DNA from: Lama guanicoe
Taxonomy: Eukaryota
Direction: 5' to 3'
DNA length: 62,000 bases
NCBI GenBank assembly: GCA_013239625.1
Contig: MU053873.1
Location: 136,524-198,523, forward strand
Part shown: positions 21,521 through 36,500 of the stretch, one piece after another
Numbering within the stretch: the first letter of the stretch is position 1
Layout of the letters: every line of letters begins with the position of its first letter
Position numbers and translations under genes: made by a program
The notes under the pieces: generated by a model
Told to the model about the DNA's origin: nothing
The model's input: only the letters and a program-made list of their open reading frames with translations
The model's database searches: none

Positions 21521-24500
21521 TTCCAATCTGAAACAACCGACCCCTTATCTCTCTTGCCTCACCCCCACCTCTCCCGGAGGCGGACTTAGCCGCCCCTCAA
21601 CCACGAGCCTACTTCCGACCCCGGGACTAACCGGACAACCCCACCTCCTGCTGCCCCCACCCCCGCAGACAAACTGACCCGCCCCAAGGAAGGGCCCACA
21701 GTGCTCTCCTCACAACGACGGACAGAACGACAGACACCTGTCCCAGCCCCACTGCTGCCACCCGCTTTAGGGCTGATTGGCTTTGCCACCCCACCGCCGA
21801 CAGGCTCACAGGCGGCCGCCCCTCCCCCAACAGGCTGGCATTCTCCATACCCCGCCCCCTACAAGGCCCACGGACGCCCTTGTCTCAGCACCCCACTACC
21901 CTCACACCAGGGGGACACCTTAGGCAGACTTCAGAGGGACAGACTGCCCCCCACACTCCAGGACATCTGAAGACACACAGACCTCTGGATGAACTGACAT
22001 TGGTCAGCTTCCTCCCAGACTAGGAGTCTCACCTTGGGGTAGACATTCCCTTCCCCTCATGGAAGGGTCAGAGAGTGCCCCCCTCCTCCCTCAGAGGCAT
22101 ATTTCTCCCTGTCACTAGCAACAGGTGGGCAGACACTCCCCCTTCCTAGTACCTGCAGGATGATGGTACCTCATCTCCAGGACAGACTGTCGGCTGTTTC
22201 TGTGTGATGTGGAAACATGCACCTCCTCTCCAAACACAGACTGGGGTGGGGGCAGGCAAGGAGACAGTAGGGTCCCTGCTCAGAGCACACCCAGAGCCCC
22301 CGCACCCAGGCACCCAGCTGGCAGGCAGAGAAATGTGAGGCAGTGTAGCAGCACCTTCTCTCTAAGCAGGGTAAACTGAGCTGCCACATTCTGCCCCCAC
22401 AGAACTCCCTGAGCCCAGGTTTCACAGATCTATTGTATAGATTTGTGATCCCCTTAGGAAAGATAGACTCCAGACCTCACTCCCATCCCAGCTGTCCTGT
22501 CACATGAGACCAGCATTCTGCACAGAACTGACAAGCCTCCCCTTCAACAGAGAGCCCCACACAATCACCTGGGGGAGCCCACAGGACTCGTCCATAACCC
22601 TGCTCCAGAGGGTCCTTCCTCTCCTCCAACCAGTTGTGACTGCCTAAGGCTCCTTCAGCCTCTCTTATGACTTATGAAAGACCTTTGACCATCTGTAAGA
22701 TCTCCACTCCACATAGGCAGCCCTATGAAGGTCACTTCCCGGATTTTCCCCAGTCCCAAAGCCTCATATTCACCAGGCTTCCTCCTTTGGAGAAATGCAG
22801 ATCCTTCTCTTAAGAAGAGTCCTCTTTTACCCATTGGATCTGTCTCCTCCAACCTCTTCCTGCTGGCTCACAGCAGGCTAAGCCTAGTCCAGTCCAGGAC
22901 TCAGCACCCTTTATTCTCATACCTCACCCTGACTTGAAGCTTTGTCACAGTTCCCCAGGGATTAGCTTGTGAGAACCCAAAGGGGACTTAGGGTATAGTT
23001 TTGAATTGAGCAGCAGACACCAGAGATCAGGGCCCTTGGAGGGATGAGGTCTTGAAAAATTGGAAAGAAGTTCCCAGTTGCATTTGTGGGTGCTTAGAAG
23101 GAAGAGCTCAGATTTGCTGGTGAATTCTAAGAGATAAGAATTCCTACTACATGTTTATCAGGCAGTTAACCAGATCTCAGAGTACAGAGCAGTGTGATAT
23201 ATAGTGGGAAAAGGCCAGATTTAGGAAGAAATCACACTTGCTGGCTTTGTGACCTTGGGCAAGATCCTGGATCTCTGAGCCGGTTTGCTCACTGTTAAGG
23301 GCAATAGTAGCACCTATTCTCAAGAGATTACTGTAGTGATTAAATGAGATCATGTATTCAGAGGTGCCTAGCATAGTGCCAGGCTCACGTAGTAGCCCAG
23401 AAAAAATGTTAGTTTCCTTTCTTTTCCTTCTAAGGGTCTGAAAACTGAGGAGAAAATGAGGGCGTACCTCTGGTATTTGTGGAGAGAGGCCCCAGTGGGA
23501 GCACCTCCCTTTGGCTGTAGTCCCCGGCCAGGCAGCCAGACATCTGTATTCCCCACCCTCCAACCGCAAACCCAGGCTTTGCAGACACCCTCTGCATCAT
23601 TGGTATCTGTAGGGCTGGGGCTGAGGTGGGATTCCAGGTCCCTTCCTTTCTCCCTGCCTTACTTTCTTGACCTTGTTGGCCAATACAAAATCTCTGGTGT
23701 CTGAAAGCTTGGCTGTTCTGTGTTTAGTTTATATTGTGGTTCAAAAAAAGTCAAAAATAAGTCCCTGCCCAAGGCCATAAGAGGGGAAGTTATGGGAAGT
23801 TTCAGGGTGACCGCCCTGAACCCTATCTCGTGGTTGAGGGCTAGGAATCCATGTGCTATCCCAGAAAAGTGAAACATTAGCACTGATGGCTGCAGTGGAG
23901 ATGTCAGGGACTCTGAACCCAGATTAAAGGTCCACTTCAGCCATCCTGGGCCAAAGGTTGTCTTGAGACAATCATTTTTGGCAATTGCCAGGGGCTGGGG
24001 GGGATGGGGAAGAAAGCAGATCAGAAGCTACCTGGCTCAGGTGACTGCTAGGTGTCTGGCATGATATCATAAAATCATAAACTATTTGAGCTGAAAGGGA
24101 TCATAAGAGATTGATCAGTTTAGCCCTAACTTATCATACAGATGAGGAAACTGAGACCCAGAGAGGAGAGTAACTTGCTTAAGATCACATAGCTTATTAG
24201 TGACAGCACCAGGACCTGAACCCAGGGTTTCTGACTCCCAAGTCAGGACAGTTTCCACTGCATTCATTCACTATCCAATAATATGGCCTATCGCCCCAGT
24301 GGAAAATCAAGCGCTGGACAGGTAGATCAGAAGGTTCGTAGCACCTTCCCTTGTAAGCAAGCTCAGCATTTTTGACTCCCCCAGCAGTGTAGGAGGCTAA
24401 CAGGAATGGCCCAGCAAGGGTAAGGGTGTGTTGTCATTACCACTTCATTAGACTGATCAGCTTCAGAGCTGGGTCCAGGCAAATTCACCTTTCCCTCAAG

Positions 24501-27500
24501 CCTGCAGAGAAATAAATGCTCAATTAATATTTATTCACTGAATGACATTTACTGACAGGCATTTCAAGTCAGGAAGCTGAAAGTGACTGTAGAGATAGCC
24601 ATTCTCATACCAATAGGTAAACTGAGGCCTGAGAGAGGTGGTTAACTTCACCTCCTCAGTCAGTTAGGAACAGAGCCAGGAACTGAACCCAGAGGCAAGA
24701 AAGCAGCCAGCCGCTGAAGGGCTCTGTGGTGTGGGCACAGACAGGAGTGCTGGCAGCGTTAGATTCTTTTGGCTTGACTGTCGACTGAGCTGGTTGTTGA
24801 AGCCCAGGAAGGACCAGAAGAGAAGAAAGAAGTATCCTCAAGCAGGGAAGGGTGGGAGGAGTAATGTTACCATTTCTATCACTGGGCTAGGAAGAGCAGC
24901 CCTGTTTGAGAGGTCCCTTCTGCAGCATAGAGGGCGCGGTCAGGAAGGGAAAGAAGGATATCAATTGGATACCAGGTCTCTGGCCTGAGGGAGATGGTAT
25001 GAGAGGGGTGGACCTCCCTCTTCTTTTCCTAGGTGATTGCCAGGGCTGGCCTTCTGAAGCTGGAGTTTCCCACCCAGCTTCAGTCTGCTCAGTGCTGCTG
25101 GCCAGATGAAGTAAGGGGCTATGCTCTCTGGTATCCCATGAGAGTTGGCTTCCTGTTAGGGGGGAGAGGGATCTGAACTGGGCCCAGGGAGAAACATCTG
25201 GAATAGCAGTATTGTCTTCTGCTGATTCAGTTCCCCTGTCCCCTGGGCCCTCCACTACTCCTAGCCAGCTATGGCAAGCCCTATGACTTTGGAAAAATTG
25301 TAGAACTGGCTTGATTGGCATCCCTGTAGTTTGGTCTGTGCCAGTTTTTGTTGGGCCAGGGCCCTCCTGGCAGGCCAGGGCCTGCATCTCTGCTTTTCCG
25401 CCATCTTCTCCAGTTTACAAGTTCAAAGCATCCTCTTTTCTTGAGCTATTGCAGTTCCCAGGAAAGTATGGAGCTGGCAGTGGAGTGGTCCCTGGGTGGC
25501 CCATCTGGAAGGAGGCAACTGCACATGTGGGGCCCTGGGCTATGACTCTGGACCACAGGTCCTTCATTTTTTCTCCTCCTTCTCTTCTTCCAGCTTCAAA
25601 GGGAAGTCTGGTTTGGTTGCCCTGTGGGTGTTCTAGGGCCTCAGACAAGACTTGACTTGGTGAAGGAGCGGGCCGACACACTGCTGCCACCCTGGGAAGG
25701 TGCCTGTGTGTCCGCCTGCTAAGAAATCCTAAGCTGTGGGAAAGAGATAACACGATGGGACTTGCTTGATGTTTTGTCCTCCAGCATCTGGGTATGAAAC
25801 AGGACCTTCAGGGAGCTGGTGAGGCCTGCCTCTGTTTCAGTCTCCCAATCTATTTACACTGAGGTGGGGGAAAGAAGGTGTTCTATCTTCCTTCCTCCTC
25901 ACATACGCTCTGGAGTCTGGTTGTCTGTGTGACCTTGGACATGTTGCTTCATCTTTCTGAGCCTCAGTTTCTCACTGTGAAATTGTTATATTAATACTGA
26001 CTTTGCAGGGTTGTAGGTTTAAATGAGCTGATGTTTGAAAAGAGCCTGGCAACTCAGTAGGCTCTCAATGAATTTTCTTCTTCCGCATAGAGACTGTAGT
26101 AGCTAGGGGTCCTGTCTTCATTTTCTACTTTCCATCTCTGTCTGTGATGATGAACATCGGTGAGGGTCCATCCCCTGTGGGCAGGAGTGACCCATAACCG
26201 ATGTTGAACCCTCACTTTACCCTGAGAGTGTTGGCTGTTCCATTTTGTGGATGAGTATGCTGAAGATCTAAGAAGAAAGTGCCCAAGGTTTGCCAACTGG
26301 TCAGTGGCAGAACTGGGACTAGAACCTGTTTCTCAACACTGAATCCAGTCAGTGACTAAGCCTTGCTAAGGTGGCAGCAGGCAGGGTGCCAGGTGCTCAC
26401 CAGTCCCTGAGGCCCCCACACCCAGAGCAGGAGGTAGCAAGAACCTGGCTACTTCCCCATCCCAGTGTGGAGGGCAAGGCAGGTCTCTCAGTACAGTCAA
26501 AGCCAGAGAAAGACCCAGTGAGGAAGATTCTTGGGGAGGCTCTGGAAGCATGGCCAGGTCAGGCCTGCTCTAGCACTCCCATAGGCCAGAGTCCACACTG
26601 CGTTGCTCTTGACCCCAAAATATTGCATAATGGCTATTTGACTTTGCTGGCCACTTGGTGCCTTTTGGAAGAGTGTTTCTTTTGTGAGTAAGGCAGGGAT
26701 TATGTACCCTGTACAGATGAGAAATCTGAGGCTCGGAGAAGCCTTGCAGTTAGTTAACAGTGGAGCCAGAGTAGGGAGGGATTCCAGATCTTCTGACTCT
26801 CAGCTCATTGATACTGCAGCTACATGGACCGCCCATCCTCTTCCTCACTCTGAGCCAGTTGAACCTCCAGGCCAGGTTGTATTCCCCGCCAAAGCAGAAC
26901 CCAGCCATCACTCACCCATTGTCGGTGTCCTAGCTGATAACTCTCTTTATCCTGCTGGTAGCACACCTGAAGGGGAGGAGGCCTCCTTTAGCTGCGTTGT
27001 CTGCCCTGGCAAATCTGCTGCTTTCCTGGGCCCAGGGACCCTGCCTGGCAGGGAGAAAACTGTCCTGGCTGAGGCACTGGCAAACCAACTCTCCCGATGC
27101 TTCACCTGCTTACAAGTTCCCTATCCAGGACTTCAGGGCAGCTGCCAACTTTGGCTTTCCTTATTTCATCTTTCTCTTTTCCTTCTCCTTCCCACCCCTC
27201 CCTACTCCATTCTATTCTCTGTCCAGTTCCTCAGAGAGTGGCACAGCTTACCTCTTTGCCGCTCTTCAGGTAGGGAAGTAGGCAGCAGACTCAGGAGCCT
27301 GGGAGAGAAACCAAGGTTTACTCTCACCAGTTTATCTATCTTAGCAGTGAGCTGAGCACCTACTCTACCAGCCCCTATGACTGGGACAAGGGATATAGAG
27401 TTGATCAAGACATCTGTGTCTTGTTGTCCTCAAGGTGTTTACAGACTGGTTGGAAAATAGAAGCACAAAGAAATCATTACATTGTTGAGCAGTAAAGGCT

Positions 27501-30500
27501 ATAATGGAGGTGTGTGGTTGCTCTGGGAATGTATAGGAAGAAGCAGCCAGCTCCACCTATAGGAGCCCAGAAAAAAGAAGTGGTATTTGATCCAGGCCTC
27601 AGAAGGAGCAAGGAAGGGCATTCCGTTGTATGTGCAAAGTCCTCCAAAAAGCCAGCTGTTTGAGAAATATGGTGTGCCATGAGCAGAGGTGACAGGAACA
27701 GAAGGCGGGAGGATGATGTGAAGCAACGGGAGGGTGAGAGAGTAGGTGGGGCCGGCTGCCTAGCTTTGAATGTCAGACTGATGCTTCTTGTGTTTCTTCA
27801 GTCGGGTGCTGGCGTGTACGATGGCATAAAGAGAAGCTGGACTGCAGGCAGTGAGGCCGGTTGGGAGAGTTTGGGACAGCCCAAAAGGGCTGTAGAGAGG
27901 CCTGAAAGAGTTGTGGAGCTATGAGGATGAAGAGGCCAGCAAATCAGTAGGCCTTGGTGCCTGACTGGCTGTGTGGACTGATGGGGAATTGGAAAAGTTC
28001 TGGACAAACTGAAGCAGCCTAGCTAGCCTCTCACAGAACCTATCCTGGGGCCTTCTGGCCACAGGGAAAGAAGGCCAGCTGTGGCCTTCCTCTGAAGCAG
28101 ACAGTGGGCTGCTGCTGACTCTGCTTTGTCACAGCCCTGGGCTCCCCAAGTTGCCTGGCATGACTGGCACGCCCAGGGCACATCAAGGGCTTCTTTGTCT
28201 CTCTTCAGTAGGAGAGCTGGTTGGTTAGCTGGCCTGTTTGGGAGGGGGTGGGGTGAGTGGAACTGAGCCTCGTGGTGTCTGCCCGATAAACATATTGGAT
28301 GGCAAGGAAGGCTGCAAGGAGGGCAGACTCCTCTTCGATGAGAGAGGAGTAAGGACTGAGGGCATGGATAACCTACCTTTGGGTGGTGTGCAGCTAGGGA
28401 GGGTAGGTTTGGGGCTTTACACACATAAGCTGATCAAGGGGAGGCAGATGGCAGCTGAGGGCTAACTTGATCTCACCTTGAGTCTTTATTCTATTCCTGG
28501 AGCTGGTGCCTGAGTTGGGACACGTGGAAGCAATTCCAGTGTCTATGAGAGAGTGAACCCCTCAGCCCTTCAGGGCACAGCCAGCCGTTTCTCAGGCATG
28601 ATTCTGGCTGGATATATGGATTTAGGCTAGTGTGGGGAAGGGCTCTGTACGCAGGGATCAGGGTGCCAGTGCTGGCTCGACCACTGACCCTTGTTATATG
28701 TGACTTAAGCATGTCCCCTCACCTGACCATGGGGCTAATGCTTCCTGCTTTTCATCCAGCAGATCCTATGTGTGCAGCCATGTGCTAGGCTCTGGGGATA
28801 CAGACTTGGTCCTGGCCTCCAGGACTTAGAGCCTAGCAGGGATGTCAGATATTCGGCAAGTAGATAAATATGTGGCTTGTGTTATAAAAGGATTGTGAGG
28901 ATCAAATCCTAACTGGGTTTGAAGCATGTGTAAACAAAGACTGCTGAACAAGGATCAGGAGACTGAGTTCTGCCTCACTGGGCCCCTAACAAGTTGTGTG
29001 ACCTTGGGAAAGTTGCTTAACCTTTCTAAGCCTCAGTTTCCCCTATGTATAAACTAAGGCAGTTTTAATGGGAAAATTTTAAAGAGCTCTTCTGCTTCGA
29101 ACAATCTGAGACTGACCTTGGAGTATATGAAAAGGGCTTTGAGAAGTTATTTATCAGGTACCACACAAGTGCAAGGGGTTGTCATGGCACAGCCCAGAGA
29201 GGCCAGTGCTTCCAGCATGCTCTGTTCCTTTTGTGAGAGAACCTCTCTTTGTTTGTCGGGCCAGTGGCCCTCATGTCTTTGGGAATGCAGTCAAATCAAA
29301 GAATGCTTTGATTTGTCTAGCTCTTTAGTCTGCAAAGTGCTTTCATTCTCACTGCCTTGCAGTAATTCTTACAGGAGCTATGGGAAATCAGTAGGGTAAG
29401 TTTTATTTTGCCCTGTTTACAGACAAGGAAACCAAAACTGAACAAGTGATGGAATTGTGCTTGGAAGCCAGGACTCCTCCTTCCTAATTTTCCATCTTAA
29501 CCAAAGCTGCTTGCCGCTGTGTGGCCTCTCCTCCCTCTTCCTGTCCCAGCCTTAGGACTTCAGCTCAGCTCCAAGTGTCTACACTTTTCCCAGTGGGCTT
29601 CTCAAGTTGTTTTTATTGTTGAACTGTTATAATGGCTGGCACACTTCCTGTCCCAGGTCTCCACACACAGCCCCTTACGTGCCCCAAGACAAGGTAGGAG
29701 AAGCTGGGCAGTAAGGGGACCCAGGAACATAGTATGGAGAACTCTTGTTCCTCCTCTGTGCACTCTGGGCCCTGGATGCTGTGTGTCCAGAAGCGATCCT
29801 TCCTAGACTGCCACTTTTGAAGGATACTGTATCTTTCCCTTCCCTCTCTGTCTTGGTTTCACAAAAAAGGAGATCTTAAATTTGGATCTGGGAGAGCCTG
29901 GGTTCAAGACACCAGCAGACCTGGCTTCAAGTCCTGGCTGTGTAACTTTCTAACCATGTGACCTCTCTGGGTCTGTAAATGGGCCAGGTGGTGGCACTGG
30001 GAAAGGGAACTGGGCCGACGCCAGTTACTGTCATGAAGATTAAGGGAGGTAATGTTGTTAAGGCCCCCAGGGCTGTGTCTGTCCCAAAGTAAGGGCTCCG
30101 TGGTATGTGGTGGCTCTTAAAATTACAGTGTGAATTATCCTGTAAGGTTCACTTCAGGCCTTTGGCATAATGGTGAGAGAAAAGGCAGCTTGCGTGTGAA
30201 AATCCAGGCCCCCTCCTGTGCTCTGCCTACCCATCCTTGGGCCTTCAGGGTAAGACAGGAGACAGTCCTCCTCCACCTGTGGTCTGGAGCTTTCTGACCT
30301 GTGAGGGCAGGTTGGGAATCCCCCAGTCAGTTCCTCACTGAGTCATTTGGAACAGAGCTCTCAAGTGACCCTGACTCTGAGGGCCCTGGTGTGAGGGCCT
30401 GATCTTCCTTTTCCTTTGGCCTGTGAAGATTAAGCGGAAGTGAGAAGTGAGGTGTGTCTCCTGAAAGATTCAGTTCACAGCCTGCAACCACAGCACTGCC

Positions 30501-33500
30501 TGCTCTCTTGGGCAGTGGCAGTCACTTGGGGAAGAAGTTAGAGTTTGCTTCATAATTACAACCACCCTCCTTCAGTTTTCCTGGTAGGCTTTCATCCTGG
30601 GCTTCCTGTCCTGCCTCCGAGTGACCCCCTCCATCCTCCCAGCATAGTCACATGGTAATGCCATTTCACAGGATAGCCTGCATGGTGGACCAGGCTTTCA
30701 CCAATACCACCTCATTTAACTCTGTGAGATGTAGTTATCATATAATCTCCATTGTACAGAGGCAGAGCAGTAAAGTGCAAGCATCACACATTTTGTGGCT
30801 CTGAGCCACTAAGCTCCAAGCTCCCTGGGAGCAAGGCTTGTGCATACCCAGCCCAGTGGACAACAGTCAGTGCCGGAGTTGAGTGACAGCGCAGGAGAAG
30901 AGCTGGGCCTGGATTCACCTCCCAGAGCTGTCCTCTGCTCTCTCTGGACATTGGAGAGTCACTGGCTTGCTGAAAACCTGAGTTTCTTCATGTGCAGAAG
31001 TTGGGGTGTGTGTGTGTGAGAGAGAGAGAGAGAGAAGGAGAGAATTAGAGTATCTATCTCATGGGCTTGTTGTCAGGATTAAATGAAATAATTTAAGTGC
31101 TGAGAACCATGTCTGGTCCATAGCAAGTGCCTGGTAAGTGTTGTAACAGACATTCAGTTCGTTAATTGAATATAGAATTATAATGTTGTAAAAGGCCATC
31201 ATCAAGTACATCTGTGCTCAGTCCTGTGCTGGGCTTCAAGACAGATCCAGAGCTGGCGTCAGGCCAGAGCGGGAGTGCCTTTTATCAAGCACTTCCTGTC
31301 CTGGTGCTTTTCCCACCTGATCTCAAGGTGGAGGATCTCAGTGTGGAGAAAACTGAAACTTAGAGTGCCTGAGGTCACAAAGCTAATGAATCTGTCAACA
31401 TATGTTAATTGAGCGCCAGCTAGGTACCAGGTTCTGTTCTAGGGCCAGGACACACCGCAGAGAATGTGACTGGCTGAGCCACTGCCCTCCAGGAGCACAC
31501 CTTCTTGTGGAATGTTGCCTCAGTGGAGCGGACAGTCGGGTGGAGAAGCTGGACTTGCTCTCCTGGACTGTTCACATTCTCCAAACAAGCCAGGACCTTT
31601 TCTATTAACTTGTGCTTTCGCATACTGGGTCTTCTACCTGGTGTGCTCTTTCCCCTTTCTCATCCTGGCTGCTTCCTGTCACCCTTCAAAGACCATCTCA
31701 AAGGTCAGCTCCCCTTTAGAGATTTCCCTAAACACCCTCACTATCACCCTGGGGGCTTGCAGTCTCCTAGCCTTCTACGTGCTTCTGTGGTAGCACTTCT
31801 GTGTGTGCTGGTTATTTACTCACCCATCTGCCTCCTCTGCCAGATTGACCTCCTCAACAGCGGGGACTACATTTTATTCAACTTTGTAGATTCAGGGCCT
31901 GGAACAGAGCTCTAGAGAGATGTGCATGGAATATAATGAGGTTCTGATTGTGTTCTGTCCCTGGAGTGGTTAGGAAAGTCTTCGTAGAGATGGGAGGTTA
32001 TTCTGAATGAGGCCTCAGAAGATGAGCGGGACTGAATTAGAGTGGGGAGAGGGGTAAGGGGAGGGCAGCTCAGAGAGAGGGCCGTCTAGAGATAGGACTG
32101 GGGAAAAAAGAGGGAGGGACGTGTGGAGACAATAGGAGAGCCTGAGAGCCAGGGCCTGAGGTTTCTGGTGGACAAGGATGGCGGTAGGGAGCCCTGAAGG
32201 AATCTTGGCAGAAATAAGCAATGAGTGAAGACTAACTTGATAAGATCTATCAATAAAATCTAGCAGTTTTGTAAGGATAGGTGAGGGGGTCATACATGAG
32301 TCATAGGGTGCCACAGTGAGTTTTGACCTTAGGACCCAGTTGCTGGTGGGGAATTTTAAGCCCTGCTTTGCCGGTAGTGGTGGGAGCTTGGGGAAGGGAT
32401 GTCTTCTGTTGAGAATAGTCTCCATTCCTCTCTTCATTTGTCACAGAGCGCTGCCCTGGGGGTTTCTGTTGTGGTATGTACCTTTCCCTAGCTGGGTGGC
32501 AGAGAGGGAAGAGGGATTCCCTCTTTTTGGAGCCAGCAAGGCTGGTGCTTAAAGGAACCATTTCTTACCTCTGACATCGAGGGGGGTGGGGCTGAGCAGA
32601 GTGGAGAGCTGGGCAGAGGCCCAGGGCACTGAGGCCAGAGAAGGGTGGAGGGAACCTGTTTACCACTGAGCGCTGACCCAGGGCTGGAAGGAGCAAAGCC
32701 AGGGAATTCCTTATGGGAAAGGGAGGCAGAACCAGAACTAACTTGCACTGGGAGTAGGAGGGGAGTGGAGCAAGCCAGACTCTCTCTCACCCAGACAGGG
32801 AGCCTGGACACTGCCCTACCTCCAAGCCTGGGGCTGCCAGGCCAAGGGAGGGAGTGCCAGGCTGCTGCAGACCATCTTCCTTTTCCACACTGGCTCACAG
32901 TGTGGCCTTGGGCAGATCACTTACCCTTTGGTCTGTGAGCTTCCCTGGCTGTCTGGGGAGGGAATGGACTCACTGGGTGACCTCACAGGCCTCCCAGCCA
33001 TAACCATTGGCCATTTGTATACCACCAGCCTACCCTCTCTTGCATTTCAGTTTCCTATCATAAGTTGTTATAGAGCTGGCATAAAAACTATTTATACTTT
33101 CAGTCATTACCACCTCTTAGGTTAATAAACTACAGAGGTGGTTTCAGTGTGTGAAGTAGGTCAGCCTTTTGTTTATCCTCATTTCTTTCTCCAGCTCTGG
33201 GCGGGAGAGGGGAGCTCCCCTGCCTTTGGTGTCCCTGGGTCTGTGATTGGCTGTGCTGTCTCTACACATCCACTTCCCAGTTTCCCACACTTTCATCTTG
33301 CTCACTCTTGCCCATCTCAGCACAGAGAGTAGGGGTTCCCTACTTTATTGGGTGGTAAAGGAAAAGGAAGAGAACGTAACAGGCTTTGAGGCCCCGTTAC
33401 ATGTGGGGCACTTTATATTTATTGGATAGTTTAGTGCTCAGTTGGCAGCCTTTACTTCTAGGCTGTGTAACCTTGGAGAGATTCCTCAACTGCGCTAAGC

Positions 33501-36500
33501 TTTAGTTTTTTTGTATGTTAAGTGGAGATAATGAAAGCTACTTCCTTGGGGAATTGTGTGCCTATGTAGTGCTTGGCGGAGCTGGCACAGAGCGAGCGCT
33601 GCAGGTGTGTCTGCTCTTACTGTCTCGTATGGTCTTTACTGCCGCCCTCTGAAGGGGTGACATTGCCCCCATGTTGCAGGTGGGAAACCAGAAGCTCAGA
33701 GAGTGGAGCAGTCACAAAGTGGCAGAGCTGGATCAGAAGCCAGGAGTTATAGTCTGTGTGTCATTGAGTAATTGGCTTAATCTCTTGAAGCCTCAATTGC
33801 TTCATGAGTAAAATGGGGATAATCCTGCCCTGCTGCGAGTTGGGTGAGAACAGGGATGTGAAAGTGCAAGATAAGCTGTAAATATAAGTCACCTAAAAGC
33901 TGCCATCAGCTGGCCACCCACCAGGCTGGGCCCTTACACAAATTTATTCTTCATTTAAGCCTATAAAGTGTGAGGTGTGTGTAATGGTCCCTTAAAGATG
34001 AACAAGTTGAGACTTAGGGAGGTCTGTCTCCCAGGTGGAGGAGCTGGAATGGAAACCTAGTTTGGTTGGCTTCAAGTCCCCACTCTTCTTACTCTCTGCC
34101 ACACTCCCACTGGCTTTCCTCATGCTTGAGATGAGGAAGGTCAATCCTGAGGTCTGTGATCTTGGGCTTTCTGCTTGAGTTGTGTTTCTCTTTGTTTGGG
34201 CTGGTTTGAAGAGTGAGGCTTGGAGGACGGGGTTACACTGGTTCCTTGGGACCAAAGTTTATCTTCCACCATTTGAAAAAGGGGTCATGGGCGCTGGCTG
34301 AGTCTGCCAACCACCGGGGCTAAGGTGTGCTTGGGTGGAAAGTACATGTCTGGAAGGACTAGATGAGAGAGACTCGGGAACCGTCTTGTCCCTCTGAGAA
34401 CTTGGAAGCCTTCAGCTTCTGTGTTTGGGGAGAAAGCTAGGGAGCCTGCAGAGAAGGAGGTCAGTGGAGTGTCACTGCTGCCTTGGACTATGGCATGGTA
34501 CAGCACGGCTAGCCTAGCTCAGCCTGAGAGCCCGCAGAATCTGGGCTGTCAGTCCCTGGTTGCCCATTCTGTCTCCTCTGTGCCTCTTTCTCTCAGGAGG
34601 GAATGGCTGACAGATAGCACGTTTGCCCAGGCTTGCCATCTCCAGCTGGGGATGTGCTTGCGAGCTCTGTCCATCCAGCATATTGGCCTCACTGAGCATG
34701 GCTAGGTATGGTCAGGCCGCTCACTGGAACAGTCAGAACACTGGAGGAGGGGGTTAGACTATCTCCTGTCCTTGGAGCCAGAGATAGAGCCCCACAGAGG
34801 CATCTGGAGAACGGCCTAATTTCCTCACAGCCTTCCCAGGGGAGCAAGAAGCAGTACATGAATCACTGTGGCAAAGGAAAGCCCTGGTTTTGCCTCTTAA
34901 TAGCTTTGTAACTGCCCAAGTCGTAGTCTCTCTGATTGGGTCAGGTTTCTCATGGGTCAGATGGAAATGGTAATTAATCTGTGAGGATCTCACTGGGCTA
35001 CTAGGGGCACAAATAAAATTGATGTAGGCAACAGTGGCCTGTAGCCCTGAATACAATACAAATGAAGGTATGTCATGGAGCAAACCAGGCAGGCATCTGT
35101 TGAACACCTGTGAGGTACATGGTGGGAATTAAAGAAGTTCAAGACCCAATCCAGTTAGGAAGGGATAGTGCTGAGCAAAATGATGCAAGTTGTAATGAAG
35201 TGCTCGTTTCAGACCATGTCTTGATTCATTAGGGATTTAGTGCAGAAATCAATTTTAGGGCATTGTGACCAGCATTAAAAAAAAAGAAGAAGAAATAGAA
35301 TAGAAATAATATAACAATTGAACTGAAAATATCAGGTGCATCAGTAGATGTAAGTAAATTGTTTTATAAAATGTATTTTGGTTGTGTGTGTGTATATATA
35401 CTCTCAGTATAAAGTGTTTTTCTTACTGTGGGTCTCAGTTTAGAAACTTTGAGAAATGGTGTTCTAAGTCAAGATGAAGGTCTTCAGATTGGAGGACAGC
35501 TGATGAGATCTGGGCAGGCATGGATGCTGTGTGCAGGCTGAGGGCTTCACCGTTAAGGGCAGAGGAGTGTAGTACATGGTCAAGAGCATGGGCTGTGGGG
35601 TGAGGCAGACCTGGGTTTGAGTCCAGCAACATGGCCTTAAGCAAGGCACTTTACTAAGTGTGGGTTCTACTTCTGGAAAATGGAGAGAATATTAGGGTAG
35701 GGTATTATAAAATGTACATAAGAATAATGTATATAAGCATTTAGGAAGATGTTGGTAAGCAGTAAATGATGTACAAATGGTAACTGCCATTTCGGCTGTG
35801 ATGGTTGAAGTGGTTTTTATTGTTATGTTGGGCCCTGAAAGTGTTGCTGTGACTTGGAGAGGGGAGAAGAAAGGACATTCCAGGTAGGGATGGGTGGGTG
35901 ACAAGGGGTAAGCATGTGTGTGCTTGGTATGAGACTGATCTGGCTGAGAATTGTTCAGCCTTAGAAGAGGGAGTTGAGATTATAGATAGAAGGTACCAGG
36001 AAAATTTTGGCATTACATGGGGAAGAAAGTTTTAACAGTAGAAACTTCAGCAATAGAGTGGCTTCTCCTGGAGATAATGAGGCCCCATCCCTGGAGGAGT
36101 TCCATCAGAGGCTGGGCCACTGGAGAGTGTTTTCATTAGGCTCTTTTGGTTACAAAGACTCCTTCAGGCCACATTAGCCAAAGAACGGTTTTCTTTTCTT
36201 TTCTTTTTTAATTCTCAAATTATTTCTTTAGTTTTGATATTAAAAACACATGTGATTTTTTTTTTTCAGGAGAAACCCAGTCAGCTATTGACATGCAATG
36301 GATTGAAATAACCTTACAGTCTAAAATTTTAAAATATGCTAATAAACAGTAATAAAACTTTCTACATTTGAATGTTCACATGAAAATATAAATCACATTA
36401 AAATATTTCGGGGTTAATCTTTAGTAATTTTAGTATTGATTTTAAAGTCACTTGCAAACTACTAGACATTTTTTATATGTTCCTCTAATACCTGGTACCC

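Noticed and set aside
26684..27355. 223-aa intronic ORF
   Set aside because: GTG start, begins in MIR-derived sequence, no recognisable protein features
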